Assembly (NCBI RefSeq): GCF_964355755.1
Contig: NC_092677.1
Coordinates: forward strand, 1,944,101-2,008,100
DNA: 64,000 nt
Source of the DNA: Antedon mediterranea
Taxonomy: Eukaryota; Animalia; Echinodermata
Direction of reading: 5' to 3'
Within the stretch, counting starts at the first letter, position 1; each line of letters opens with the position of its first letter. Below, piece by piece: positions 1 through 10,600 of this stretch. The notes under the pieces are model-generated. The model worked only from the letters and a program-made list of their open reading frames with translations. It was not told the origin of the DNA and did no database searches. Position numbers and translations under genes: made by a program.

Positions 1-604
1 AACCATTTATGTCAGAGAATAAAAAGGTTGAAATTTGGCAATTTTTTGAAAAAAATCCCTGTACTATATAGTACAGGGAAATTTTCGAAAAAAGGCCGAT
101 TTTTTTACCCTCTTACTTTTTGACATAAATGGTTACTATAGCATAATAAACATGCGCAGAGTCGAATAATGGGTTCTGCGCATGTCAATTGTGCTATGGT
201 AACCCGTTTTGACATAAATGGTTACTATAGCATAATAAACATGCGCAGAGCCGAATAATAGGTTCTGCGCATGTCAATTGTGTTATAGTAACCACTTTTA
301 TCGAAAAATAAAAAGGTCGAAAATTGGCCATTTTTCGAAAAAATCCCTGTACTGTAGTACAGGGAAATTTTCAAAAAAAGGCCGATTTTCGACCCTTTTA
401 CTTTTTGACATAAATGGTTACTATAGCATAATAAACATGCGCAGAGTCGAAAAATGGGTTCTGTGCAGGTCAATTGTGCTATAGTAACCACTTACAATAG
501 CATAATAAACATGCGCAGAGTCGAATAATGGGTTCTGCGCATCTTAATTGTGCTATAGTAACCAGTTTTGACATAAATGGTTACTATAGCATAATAAACA
601 TGCG

Positions 605-2200
605 CAGGGGTGGCGCCAGGATCTTCCCGACGCGGGGGCTACATTCCCCGACGAGGGGGCTATGCGAGCGAAGCGAGCATCACTAGGCTGGGGGCCAGGG
701 GGCCGCCAAGGGCCCCCGGTGGGGGTCCAGGGGGCGAAGCCCCCGGAAGCAACGCGTTCTAGCGTCATTTGAGGTCATTTTAATCAGATTTAGGGTAGCC
801 ATTTTTTCCATTTTTTTATAATGCATAAATAAAATACTGCGTGCAAAAAAACGATGCGCGATGACTGTTTCAATCCATATTTTTCAATTTAAAAAATAAA
901 AGTTCAAAGAAAATTTAGAAAAATAGATTTGGAGGTCCCGGAAATTGGACTTATTATACTTCAAAACATGAAACAAAATATATAAGTCCCTATCAAGGTT
1001 GTGACTGAGCTAAGAAATGTTTGAAAAATAGAGATGTTAGGTCCTGGAAAATGCACTTCTTGTACTTCGAAATATGACCAGCTTTATTGTTGGGGCTGAG
1101 CTAAGAAACTGTTTAAAACTAGAGCTGCAGGTCTTCAAAAAATTGCATTTTATACTTCGGAAACATCAGGCCTAGATTCAAGATTCAAGATTCAAGAAAT
1201 TTTATTTGTCCATAAAAATGGAAATTCACTTTGCTTGGTAGATTAAAACAACAATATTGCAACAATTTAAAAACGTGCAGTATTATAACAGATTAAAAAT
1301 ACAAGATAAAAAGTTAAAAATACTGTTAAAAATGTAAAACTATTAAAAATTGCATTAACGTCTTACATTAGAATTAAAAATATGAATGCTATTTACAACG
1401 AAGGATTTTCTAGTTCTACAGAGATTTGCTCTTGGAGGTCGTAGCCTAATGCCTGATCTATTTAAGTTATAACAGTAATGTAACGGATGAGTGGGGTCTT
1501 TCATTAAATATTGTTTACTTTTTTTAGAATACTCTTTTCATAGATAAATGAACAAGGCGTTAGATCAGCTTTAATAATACGTTGTGCAATTTTACGTGGT
1601 CTCTCAATATTTTTCTTATCATTTTCAGTAAAGTTACTTAGAGGCTTAAAAAACGCAAGCGTAGACCTTTTTCAGTCGGGGAAATAAGTTTATTCCTCCC
1701 AAGTGTATGCGTGCGTACCATCTGGACTTCCGAGTGGTGAGAAATTCATGACATACAGGACATTGAAAATGTAATAACTTAGCTATAATAAGATGTTGGC
1801 TAAGCGAAAATGGCATGTTTTTTTGTTTAGTAATGGATGAAAAATTTATTTTAGGTGCCCCACGGTACAGAAGGTTACTTGTAAATTAAAAAATTGGTGA
1901 ACATACGAACAATTAACATAATTCAGAAAAGTGCGTACCTAGCTAATGTTTAGTAGTAAGTTAGATCGCTGGCAATAAATGAATGCATAAAAGTGCATAA
2001 TAGCCCTCTGACGTACTCTCACGGTCAATGGAACGTCGTGGTTTTCTAGGCGCTGAACAAGCTATATGAAGTGAACTCGAACGTTTTTTACTGTATATTA
2101 TATTCCCCGACAAAAAGTACCCGTGTTCCCCGACGGGGGGGCTAGGCTCCCCGACGAGGGGGCTAGAGCCCCCGTAGCCCCCCCGCTGGCGCCACCACTG
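605..2200. mobile_element. Non-autonomous hAT-like DNA transposon (E1)
   Basis: TIRs CAGGGGTGGCGCCAG / CTGGCGCCACCACTG (14/15 match). Perfect 8-bp TSD AACATGCG at 597-604 and 2201-2208. Subterminal CCCCGAC repeats. A second, inverted copy lies at 2917-9539. Confidence 0.9.
1177..1642 (-). mobile_element. 5'-truncated LINE 3' end (L2/Rex1-like) inserted in E1
   Basis: Absent from the second E1 copy (empty site near 9000). The minus strand reads ...KDPTHPLHYCYNLNRSGIRLRPPRANLCRTRKSFVVNSIHIFN, resembling the C-terminus of L2/Rex1 RT proteins. It ends in a (CTTGAAT)n tail, and TAGA is duplicated at the junctions. Confidence 0.7.
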
Positions 2201-2411
2201 AACATGCGTGGAGTCGACTAATGGGTTCTGCGCATCTTAATTGTGCTATAGTAACCAGTTTTATCGAAAAATAAAAAGGTCGAAAATTGGCCATTTTTCG
2301 AAAAAATCCCTGTACTATAGTACAGGGAAATTTTCGAAAAAAGGTCGATTTTCGACCCTTTTACTTTTTGACATAAATGGTTACTATAGCATAATAAACA
2401 TGCGCAGAGTC

Positions 2412-2586
2412 GAATAATGGCTTCTGCGCATGTCAATTGTGCTATAGTAACCACTTTTGAGATAAATGGATACTATAGCATAATAAACATGCGCAGAGAC
2501 TCTGCGCATGTTTATTATGCTATAGTATCCATTTATCTCAAAAGTGGTTACTATAGCACAATTGACATGCGCAGAAGCCATTATTC
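2412..2586. repeat. Perfect fold-back palindrome, 87-bp arms, 1-nt centre at 2499
   Basis: 2412-2498 is the exact reverse complement of 2500-2586. The ORF track shows near-identical peptides on both strands here. Confidence 0.95.
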
Positions 2587-3120
2587 TCAGGCCCGTATCC
2601 AGGGGGGGGGGTGCGTTGGGTGCAGACGCACCCCCCCAAGTCCCAAAAGGTCCACTTTTTCCTCGGTTGGTATTTTTTCTTGTCTTGTTTAACTAAAGAC
2701 AATATCATTATATATATACAAAATTTACATTATCAATGGTATACAAACAAAAATATGCTAATATAAAATGAAAAAATACCGGTAATTAAATTACGGAATC
2801 TGAACTGACTACAAATTCGATGTAAAACATGCGCAGTCGATCATGTGACGACAAGTAATAGCTTAGCGCTTCATGTACGCGGTAAAGTGTTTGCTGGAGA
2901 AATACAGACAACTTAACGTCAGGGAACACGTGTACTTTTTGTCGGGGAATATAATATACAGTAAAAAGCGTTCGCGTTCACTTCGTAGCTAGCTTCAGCG
3001 CCTAGAAAACCGCGACGTTTCATTGACCGTGAGAGTACGTCAGAGTGATATTATGCACTTTATATGCATTCATTATTGCCAGCGATCTAACTTACTACTA
3101 AACAATAGCTAGGTACGCAC

Positions 3121-4074
3121 TAGACTTGCCCCAAGTTGCTGTATTATTTTTTTTTTTATTTATTTTTTTTTATTTCGACCGCGATTTTTGTCTGAAAATA
3201 CAGACTTGTGAAACACGTATAGAAATCGATTTGCAGACCGCAAACATACGATAAGAATGACGTAGGTTATCATACCGTATTTGGCTATATGGGGCGGGCG
3301 GTATGTAAATATGGATTTCGAATCAACAATGATCATTTTGTTTCAAAATGAAAGAGATCGAGTACGTAGGCCTACCAGTGCTTAATGTACGATCGAGACT
3401 GTTGAAATATAAAATAGTAATGCCAAGTTGTTTTGTTTATTAATTGTTTAGTCCTTGGCCTAGGCCTCTTTCGTAGGTCCTACTCAACTCGCACGTATGA
3501 CCTGCCAAATAAAACGCCAATGAAGTAGGCCTACATACCACCGGCACACAACAGGGCTACACCACCACACAGAACAGGACAGGGTCTGGGTGGGAATTAA
3601 ATCAAAATTATCTCCGCGTAATAAATGATCTATTCAATGTTTGATTTGCGGAGAAGCTAGCCTATCATATATCAAGACGAGTTTTCATGTTTCAAAGATC
3701 CCATCAAATGTTTACCAGACTACTAGGCATATAAAATAATTTCTAGCCTTCAGAACTTTCATAAATGTACCCAAGTACACATTGTCTAAACGTAACATAG
3801 CGCATGCGCATCATCTTAGTTGTTGAGTCTTTGAAATTCTTAAATATGAATATTTAAACGGTGTACGAGAGAGTAGCCAATCGCATGCAGCTGAAACTAG
3901 TCAACCGGATAATCGTATGCACCAAGAATTCTTGGTGTCAAACCACGTGACTTGTGCGTGTTTCCCCAGACGGAGTATCCAAAATCAAGTAGTATACGTA
4001 TGAAACGCCATATGTGCCAAATTATTTATCTTTTAACTAATATTAAGACAAAACTCCGTCTGGAACCCAGACTA
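3121..4074. mobile_element. Non-autonomous DNA element with TAG..CTA ends and 9-bp TSD (Academ/AcademH-like)
   Basis: GGTACGCAC direct repeat at 3112-3120 and 4075-4083. Termini TAGACTTG / CCAGACTA form an imperfect TIR. The segment is absent from E1 copy 1. Confidence 0.55.
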
Positions 4075-4636
4075 GGTACGCACTTGTCTGGCGGTATCCA
4101 TCTGTACGAATCGTTCAACGTTGGGTCGAGACGCAGGGCCGTAACCAGGTTTGACGGCGGGGTGGATCGTTAAGTTGTTTAGTGGAACCCAGGGGCGGAT
4201 CCAGGATACCTATTGAAATAGGGGTGGCGTAGCTTTGCGAGCGAAGCGAGCAAACATTGGCTGGGGGCCAGGGGGCCGCCAACACTCTAAAGCTCGCAAA
4301 TTACGACATGTGGAATATGCAGCTGATACTTACCTAGGGTACCAAAAGCAAGCTAACAACTTGCCTGTACTTTACATCTAAATTTTTACAACGCGACGAT
4401 GTTTTTCACCTTTATATTATAAACTTGCCCTAGTCTAGGCCGGTATTATTTTTTTACACGCGCGCCGGGTCGATCGCGGTCACTATACTTAGCATGCAGC
4501 TAAAGTAAAATGACGTCACGTTAAAGCGGGTCGTCACAGAGTCTCATGCATATTAATGAACTTGCTGAGAGTGTTTTCACCACGCAACCAAAGAATATAT
4601 ATAACAAGAATGAGTAATCCGCGATTTTCCCTGTAA

Positions 4637-5466
4637 AGCCCCTTTCTCACAGAGTTGTGTGCCAGGAATATTGCGGGAATATACCATTACCATGCCGGTA
4701 TGGTTTTCTGTGAGAACGGGTCGTCTTGGCATCATGCCGGCACCATGCCGGCATCGACATGACCTGCTTTAGACCTAGTAATATTCTAGGGATATTCCCC
4801 GCAATGCCAGACGGGCATTCTGTGAGAACGTATCGCCGTTATATTCCGGGGTTCCCCGTCGAGGCTTTGACACCTTGCGCAGTGAAGTGTATCACTTTGG
4901 CGCCTATTCAATTCAATTAACAATAATAATGTCGAACTGGAGGGATAATGAGATAAGAGAGCTGCTTAAAATAAGGGGACCAGAAGAAATTTGTAGCATA
5001 ATCTATATAGGCCGCTAGGCTAGGCCATTAATTAGCTCTTTGTTTGTTGGTGCCTGACCTTTCGTCGCCTTGTAAATTGTAGGCCTACAGCCTTCTAAGG
5101 TGTTTTACAGATTGCCGATGACGGCAAATTAATTGCTATACCTGTATAATATATGCACAATATACTGTACATAGCATGTATTGCATAAATATGCTATAAA
5201 GGAAGATAATAATCTGTAACTAAACATTCGCCGCCATATCATCGCTAGACAAAAATAATAACAATAAAGGACGCCCTCAATAATTATTTTGTCAGAGACT
5301 TTTTATTGGCCGAATATGCCCGATTCCTTTCTCACAGAAAGCCGGTATATACCGGTTATATTTCCGGCACGATAGTCCGATGAGAATGGGTATATGCCGG
5401 TAACGATACCGGCACGACGCCAGCACTGTACCGGTATATTGCAGGCACATCTGTGAGAAAGGGGCT
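4637..5466. mobile_element. PIF/Harbinger-like non-autonomous element (E5)
   Basis: 17-bp perfect TIR AGCCCCTTTCTCACAGA with flanks TAA / CAA. Internal CTGTGAGAA and CCGG repeats. The relic ORF start at 4929, MSNWRDNEIRELLKIR, resembles a Myb/SANT (trihelix) N-terminus. Confidence 0.75.
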
Positions 5467-6819
5467 CAACAGTAATATTGTCCATGCGGTAGGGCGCCGC
5501 CATAAGTGAGGATGTATCTGGGATGTATACAACTGTTTGTGACGGTTTCACTAATCAAAGGCTGGACCACCGGTAGTATTTTCATGATAAAAAATGTTAT
5601 CAACTACATGCCAACATCATGTTAAATGCTATTTGGATATTTAATTGTTCGTTTTATGCAATTTATTTAGTAAAAACTGCCGTATAAACAGTTCGCTTTA
5701 TCAACCGGGCGCTACGATAGCGTGACCGGGCGTGTTGGTGTTTACGCGTTTTCACGAAGGATAGTTTAATAATATTCCTATATTTAACTTGTTTCTGGTA
5801 AAACAAATAAATGTTAATGACATTTAACATTTTATCCTATAAATAACATGTATTTTATACTAATTTATATCATTAAAACAATACTTAATTTACCGGGCGT
5901 AGAGTAGTACGCGGCAATGGTAAAGAATAGGCCGTGCTGAGTAACGATTCGTTGATTTTGGTGTTGCTGTGTTAGGCCTTTTTTGTGAACTAATTTAGCA
6001 TGTTAGTAAATAACTGTCTGTAAAAGTGAATGTACACTAGTTTGTTAATAAATATGTATTATAAAATAGTTTACAATTGCGAAATATATTATCATAATTC
6101 TATTTAATGTGACATGTACAATATCTATTAAATCAAGTCTTATTTAGTATGTATACATCCGCCCTTATGAGGGCGGGCATCACTCTCTGGAGCTCTCTGT
6201 TACAAATTTCTCATGCAAAAATCGCAGAATACTCATTCTTGTTATATATATTCTTTGACGCAACACATGCGACGAGAGATTTATCGAAACTCCGAGCCGG
6301 CCGCGCGCGAGCCGGCCATCGACTGACGGTCATGTTTTTGACAATTAAAATCACGGCATATTCAACGACCTGGTTTAAACGATCGTTTAAAAATTAGCGG
6401 TCCGGCTCGATTACATTATATTTAGTGATTTGAAAAAACAAAACACCTCTTTTGTCATGATGTCATCGCGATGTGTTTATGAGAATCATCGACGGGAAAG
6501 CAAATAAAACAACAAGGGTCATGAAATGCTGCAGCATTGTTAATATTTTAATAGTAATACGTTTTAATAAAATTTAGCCCTAACGGGATAATTTTCGTAG
6601 GCATACAGTCCTAGCCTTTGTTTTTATTGTACTTAATAAATGGGCGCGTAGTATAGTAGCACTGACCATGTGGCTTCATCAACTCTATTGATCGTCTGAG
6701 GTAGGCCTACCGCTACTCTACAATACGGGAGTGACGATCACAAAGGATGCCGCCTGCTTAGTGGAACGCGACCAAGCTCACCACGTGGCTTTTATCAACT
6801 TGCTCCTTTTACACTTAAC

Positions 6820-7629
6820 TATGGAACGCCGTTTACGCAACATTTCGATGATATGAATTTTATGACGCGATATGTGAATGAAATGCATCGATATGAATTA
6901 AATGGTGCGATATATGAATGAAATGTTTTGAATTGAATGCTTTGAATTGAATATTTTGAATGAAATGTTTTGAATGAAATGTTTTGAATGAAATGTTTTG
7001 AATGAAATGTTTTGAATGAAATGTTTTGAATGAAATGTTTTGAATGAAATGTTTGAATTGAATTCAAAAGTCAAACTATTGGTGGCGTATGTCATTCTCG
7101 CTCGCGATTATTTTCTCAACCTCTTAGGCCTAACTGGGTACCCTCATCTCCTTTCTTCCACGCTGCCTTTACAGAGAATCCTAACATACCTGGGTTCGGA
7201 AATATGTATTCCAATGTTTCAGGTCTGTTAGGGAGTCTCTCTGTAAAGGATTCATATTGATGACAGCGTTGAAAGGAGATGAGTGTACCCATGCTTAGGC
7301 CTATTAAGAGGTTGACCAAAAATCGCGAGCGGGAATGACATACGCCGCCAATAGTTTGACTTTTCAATTCAATTCAAACATTTCATTCAAAACATTTAAT
7401 TCAAAACATTTCATTTCATTCAAAACATTTCATTCAAAACATTTTATTCAAAACATTCAATTCAAAACATTTCATTCAAAACATTTCATTCAAAACATTC
7501 AATTCAAAGCATTCAATTCAAAACATTTCATTCATATATCACGCCATTCAATTCATATCGATGCATTTCATTCACATATCGCGTCATAAAATTCATATCA
7601 TCAAAATGTTGCGTAAACGGCGTTCCATA
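6820..7629. mobile_element. Fold-back non-autonomous DNA element, IS3EU-like termini
   Basis: TATGGAACGCCGTTTACGCAACATTT...AAATGTTGCGTAAACGGCGTTCCATA. The ~300-bp TIRs contain (TGAATGAAATGTTT)n. TSD is CTTAAC (6814-6819, 7630-7635). TAY..RTA ends with a 6-bp TSD are IS3EU features. Confidence 0.75.
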
Positions 7630-10600
7630 CTTAACTGTGAATGATCGTTGGTAACGCTAGAGATTGATAGTACACAAAGGATGTCGACGTACATGCTTGG
7701 TGGAATGCGATCAAGCTGACGATGTGCTCCGACGTACTATTTTCACTATGAAAATGTGCAAACCATCGGTGATTGATGACCGTCGAAACGATACGTGTTT
7801 TTAAAATCTATTTAATTAAAAAAAAAAATACGCCCCCGCTAGATCCGCCACTGGAACCATACCCTCGAATTTTTTTCTCTATAGGCCTATGGCCGCAAAT
7901 CGCATTTCCGGCTATTCTCTTTTGTTTATGAACTAGCTATATTGTTGGTGTAATTTCCAGCCCACAAATTTCAATTGCCGACCTTAATATTGCCGACCTT
8001 ATATTGTCAGAGGACGGCATTCTCTTGCCGACCGAAATTAGGCTAGATCCCTCCTCCTTTCAATCCTCCTAGCAACAACATGGTACATTAGGGATCGTAT
8101 CATTGAGACTTTAACAGGCATATTCACCATCATGTGGTGTTTAGGTAAAAAACCATGGAATTAAGATGATTCCTGAATTCACTCAACCATTGCATCTTGC
8201 ACTTGCGTCCGTGTGAGCTGCATGCTTTCTCTATCAAGCAGCTGGCTGGGCACGTCACGCACGCACGCGGAGACCTGTGTAGGGGAATACCCTGTTATGT
8301 CAACCAAACAACAACTATGCTCTGTGTACAGCTCGCTAGCTCCAGAACCACGATGTTCAGCAGTTATCAAATAGAACTTATCTTGTAAATTTTAGTGTTA
8401 GGTTTTTATATTTTAGTTAAAATATATATATATATATATATATTAATTAAATTTATTAAGGCTTGACTAGGCCTGTAGTGAACAATCGTCGTGTTGTGTT
8501 AGTATGCCCAGCAAAAAAAAAGTGGGAGGCCAAGCGGAACTCGCTGTTCAGCGGGGGGGATCGTACGATCCCCCCGATCCCCCCCTGGTTACGGGCCTTG
8601 AGACGCGTGATATCAAGTTTCATCCAGGGACCAAAATGTGTAATGTGTTATTTTCCAGGCGAAGTTTACCGACGGTTACGTCGTGTACTGCGTCGACGTA
8701 CGCTACACTACAGCAAAAACGAATTATGTTAATTGTTCGTTTGTTCACCAATTTTTTAATTTACAAGTAACCTTCTGTACCGTGTGGCACCTAAAATAAA
8801 TTTTTCATCTATTACTAAACAAAAAAACATGCCATTTTCGCTTAGCCAACATTATAGCTATAGTTATTACATTTTCAATATCCTGTATGTCATGAATTTC
8901 TCACCACTCGGAAGTCCAGATGGTACGCATGCATACACCTGGGAGGAATAAACTTTTTTCCCCGACTGAAAAAGGTATACGCTTGCGTTTTTTAAGCCTC
9001 TAGGCCTGATGTTTCCAAAGTATAAAATGCAATTTTTTGAAGACCTGCAGCTCTAGTTTTAAACATTTTCTTAGCTCAGCCCCAACAATAAAGCTGGTCA
9101 TATTTCGAAGAACAAGAAGTACATTTTCCGGGACCTAACATCTCTATTTTTCAAACATTTCTTAGCTCAGTCACAACCCATGATAGGGACTTATATATTT
9201 TTTTTCATGTTTTGAAGTATAATAAGTCCAATTTCCGGGACCTCCAACTCTATTTTTCAAAATTTTCTTTGAACTTTTATTTTTTAAATTGAAAAATATG
9301 GATTGAAACAGTCATCGCGCATCGTTTTTTTGCACGCAGTATTTTATTTATGCATTATAAAAAATGGAAAAAATGGCTACCCTAAATCTGATTAAAAAGA
9401 CCTCAAATGACGCTAGAACGCGTTGCCGGGGGCCCTTGGCGGCCCCTGGCCCTCAGCCTAGTGATGCTCGCTTCGCTCGCATAGTCCCCTCGTCGGGGTA
9501 TGTAGCCCCCGCGTCGGGAAGATCCTGGCGCCACCCCTGCTGAGTTGGCCTCATCATGAAAGCGTTAAGTTCTGGTGTCCATCGTTCAACTAGCCCAAGC
9601 CACAACAGAGAGTCTTACATCAGTCTTTAGAACGTCAAATAACGCAAATTTTTCCAGGGCCCTTGGCGGCCCCCTGGCCCCCAGCCATTGTTGCTCGCTT
9701 CGCTCGCACCCCCCCATTATAAATGCTGCATACGGGCCTGAGAGTCGAAAAATGGGTTCTGTGCAGGTCAATTGTGCTATAGATACAATAGCATAATAAA
9801 CATGCGCAGAGTCGAATAATGGGTTCTGCGCATCTTAATTGTGCTATAGTAACCAGTTTTGACATAAATGGTTACTATAGCATATTAAACATGCGTGGAG
9901 TCGACTAATGGGTTCTGCGCATCCTAATTGTGCTATAGTAACCAGTTTTATCGAAAAATAAAAAGGTCGAAAAATGGCCATTTTTTGAAAAAAAGGCCGA
10001 TTTTCGACTCTTTTATTTTTTGACATAAATGGTTACTATAGCATAATAAACATGCGCAGAGTCGAATAATGGGTTCTGCGCATGTCAATTGTGCTATAGT
10101 AACCACTTTTGACATAAATGGTTACTATAGAATAATAAACATGCGCAGAGTCGAATAATGGGTTCTGCGCATGTCAATTGTGCTATAGTAACCAGTTTTG
10201 ACATAAATGGTTACTATAGCATAATAAACATGCACAGAGACGAATAATGCGTTCTGCGCATGTCAATTGTACTATAGTAACCACTTTTGACATAAATGGT
10301 TACTATAGCATAATAAACATGCGCAGAGAAGAATAATGGGTTCTGCGCATGTCAATTGTGCTATAGTAACCAGTTTTGACATAAATGGTTACTATAGCAT
10401 AATAAACATGCGCAGAGCCGAATAATAGGTTCTGCGCATGTAAATTGTGTTATAGTAACCACTTTTATCGAAAAATAAAAAGGTCGAAAATTGGCCATTT
10501 TTCGAAAAAATCCCTGTACTATAGTACAGGGAAATTTTCGAAAAAAGGTCGATTTTCGACCCTTTTACTTTTTGACATAAATGGTTACTATAGCATAATA

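Larger units (their letters stand above)
4190..7853. mobile_element. hAT-like non-autonomous element (E4)
   Basis: CAGGGGCGGATCCAG at 4190 / CTAGATCCGCCACTG ending 7853. GAACC is duplicated at 4185-4189 and 7854-7858. Confidence 0.7.
4134..8600. mobile_element. hAT-like non-autonomous element (E3)
   Basis: CAGGGCCGTAACCAGG at 4134 and CCTGGTTACGGGCCT near 8584-8598. GAGACG is present on both flanks (degenerate TSD). Confidence 0.7.
2917..9539 (-). mobile_element. Inverted second copy of E1, split by insertions and truncated at one end
   Basis: 2917-3120 is the reverse complement of ~1930-2135. 8721-9539 is the reverse complement of ~605-1925 minus the LINE, ending in CTGGCGCCACCCCTG. Confidence 0.85.
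2588..9740. mobile_element. hAT-like non-autonomous element (E2), host to nested insertions
   Basis: TIRs CAGGCCCGTAT (2588) / ATACGGGCCTG (ends 9740). The satellite resumes at 9741. No clean TSD because the left flank is rearranged into the palindrome. Confidence 0.75.

Noticed and set aside
6140-6180. Hairpin CCGCCCT-TATG-AGGGCGG followed on the minus strand by CTAA, like a Helitron 3' end
   Set aside because: No 5' end or second copy was found, so it is too weak to call.
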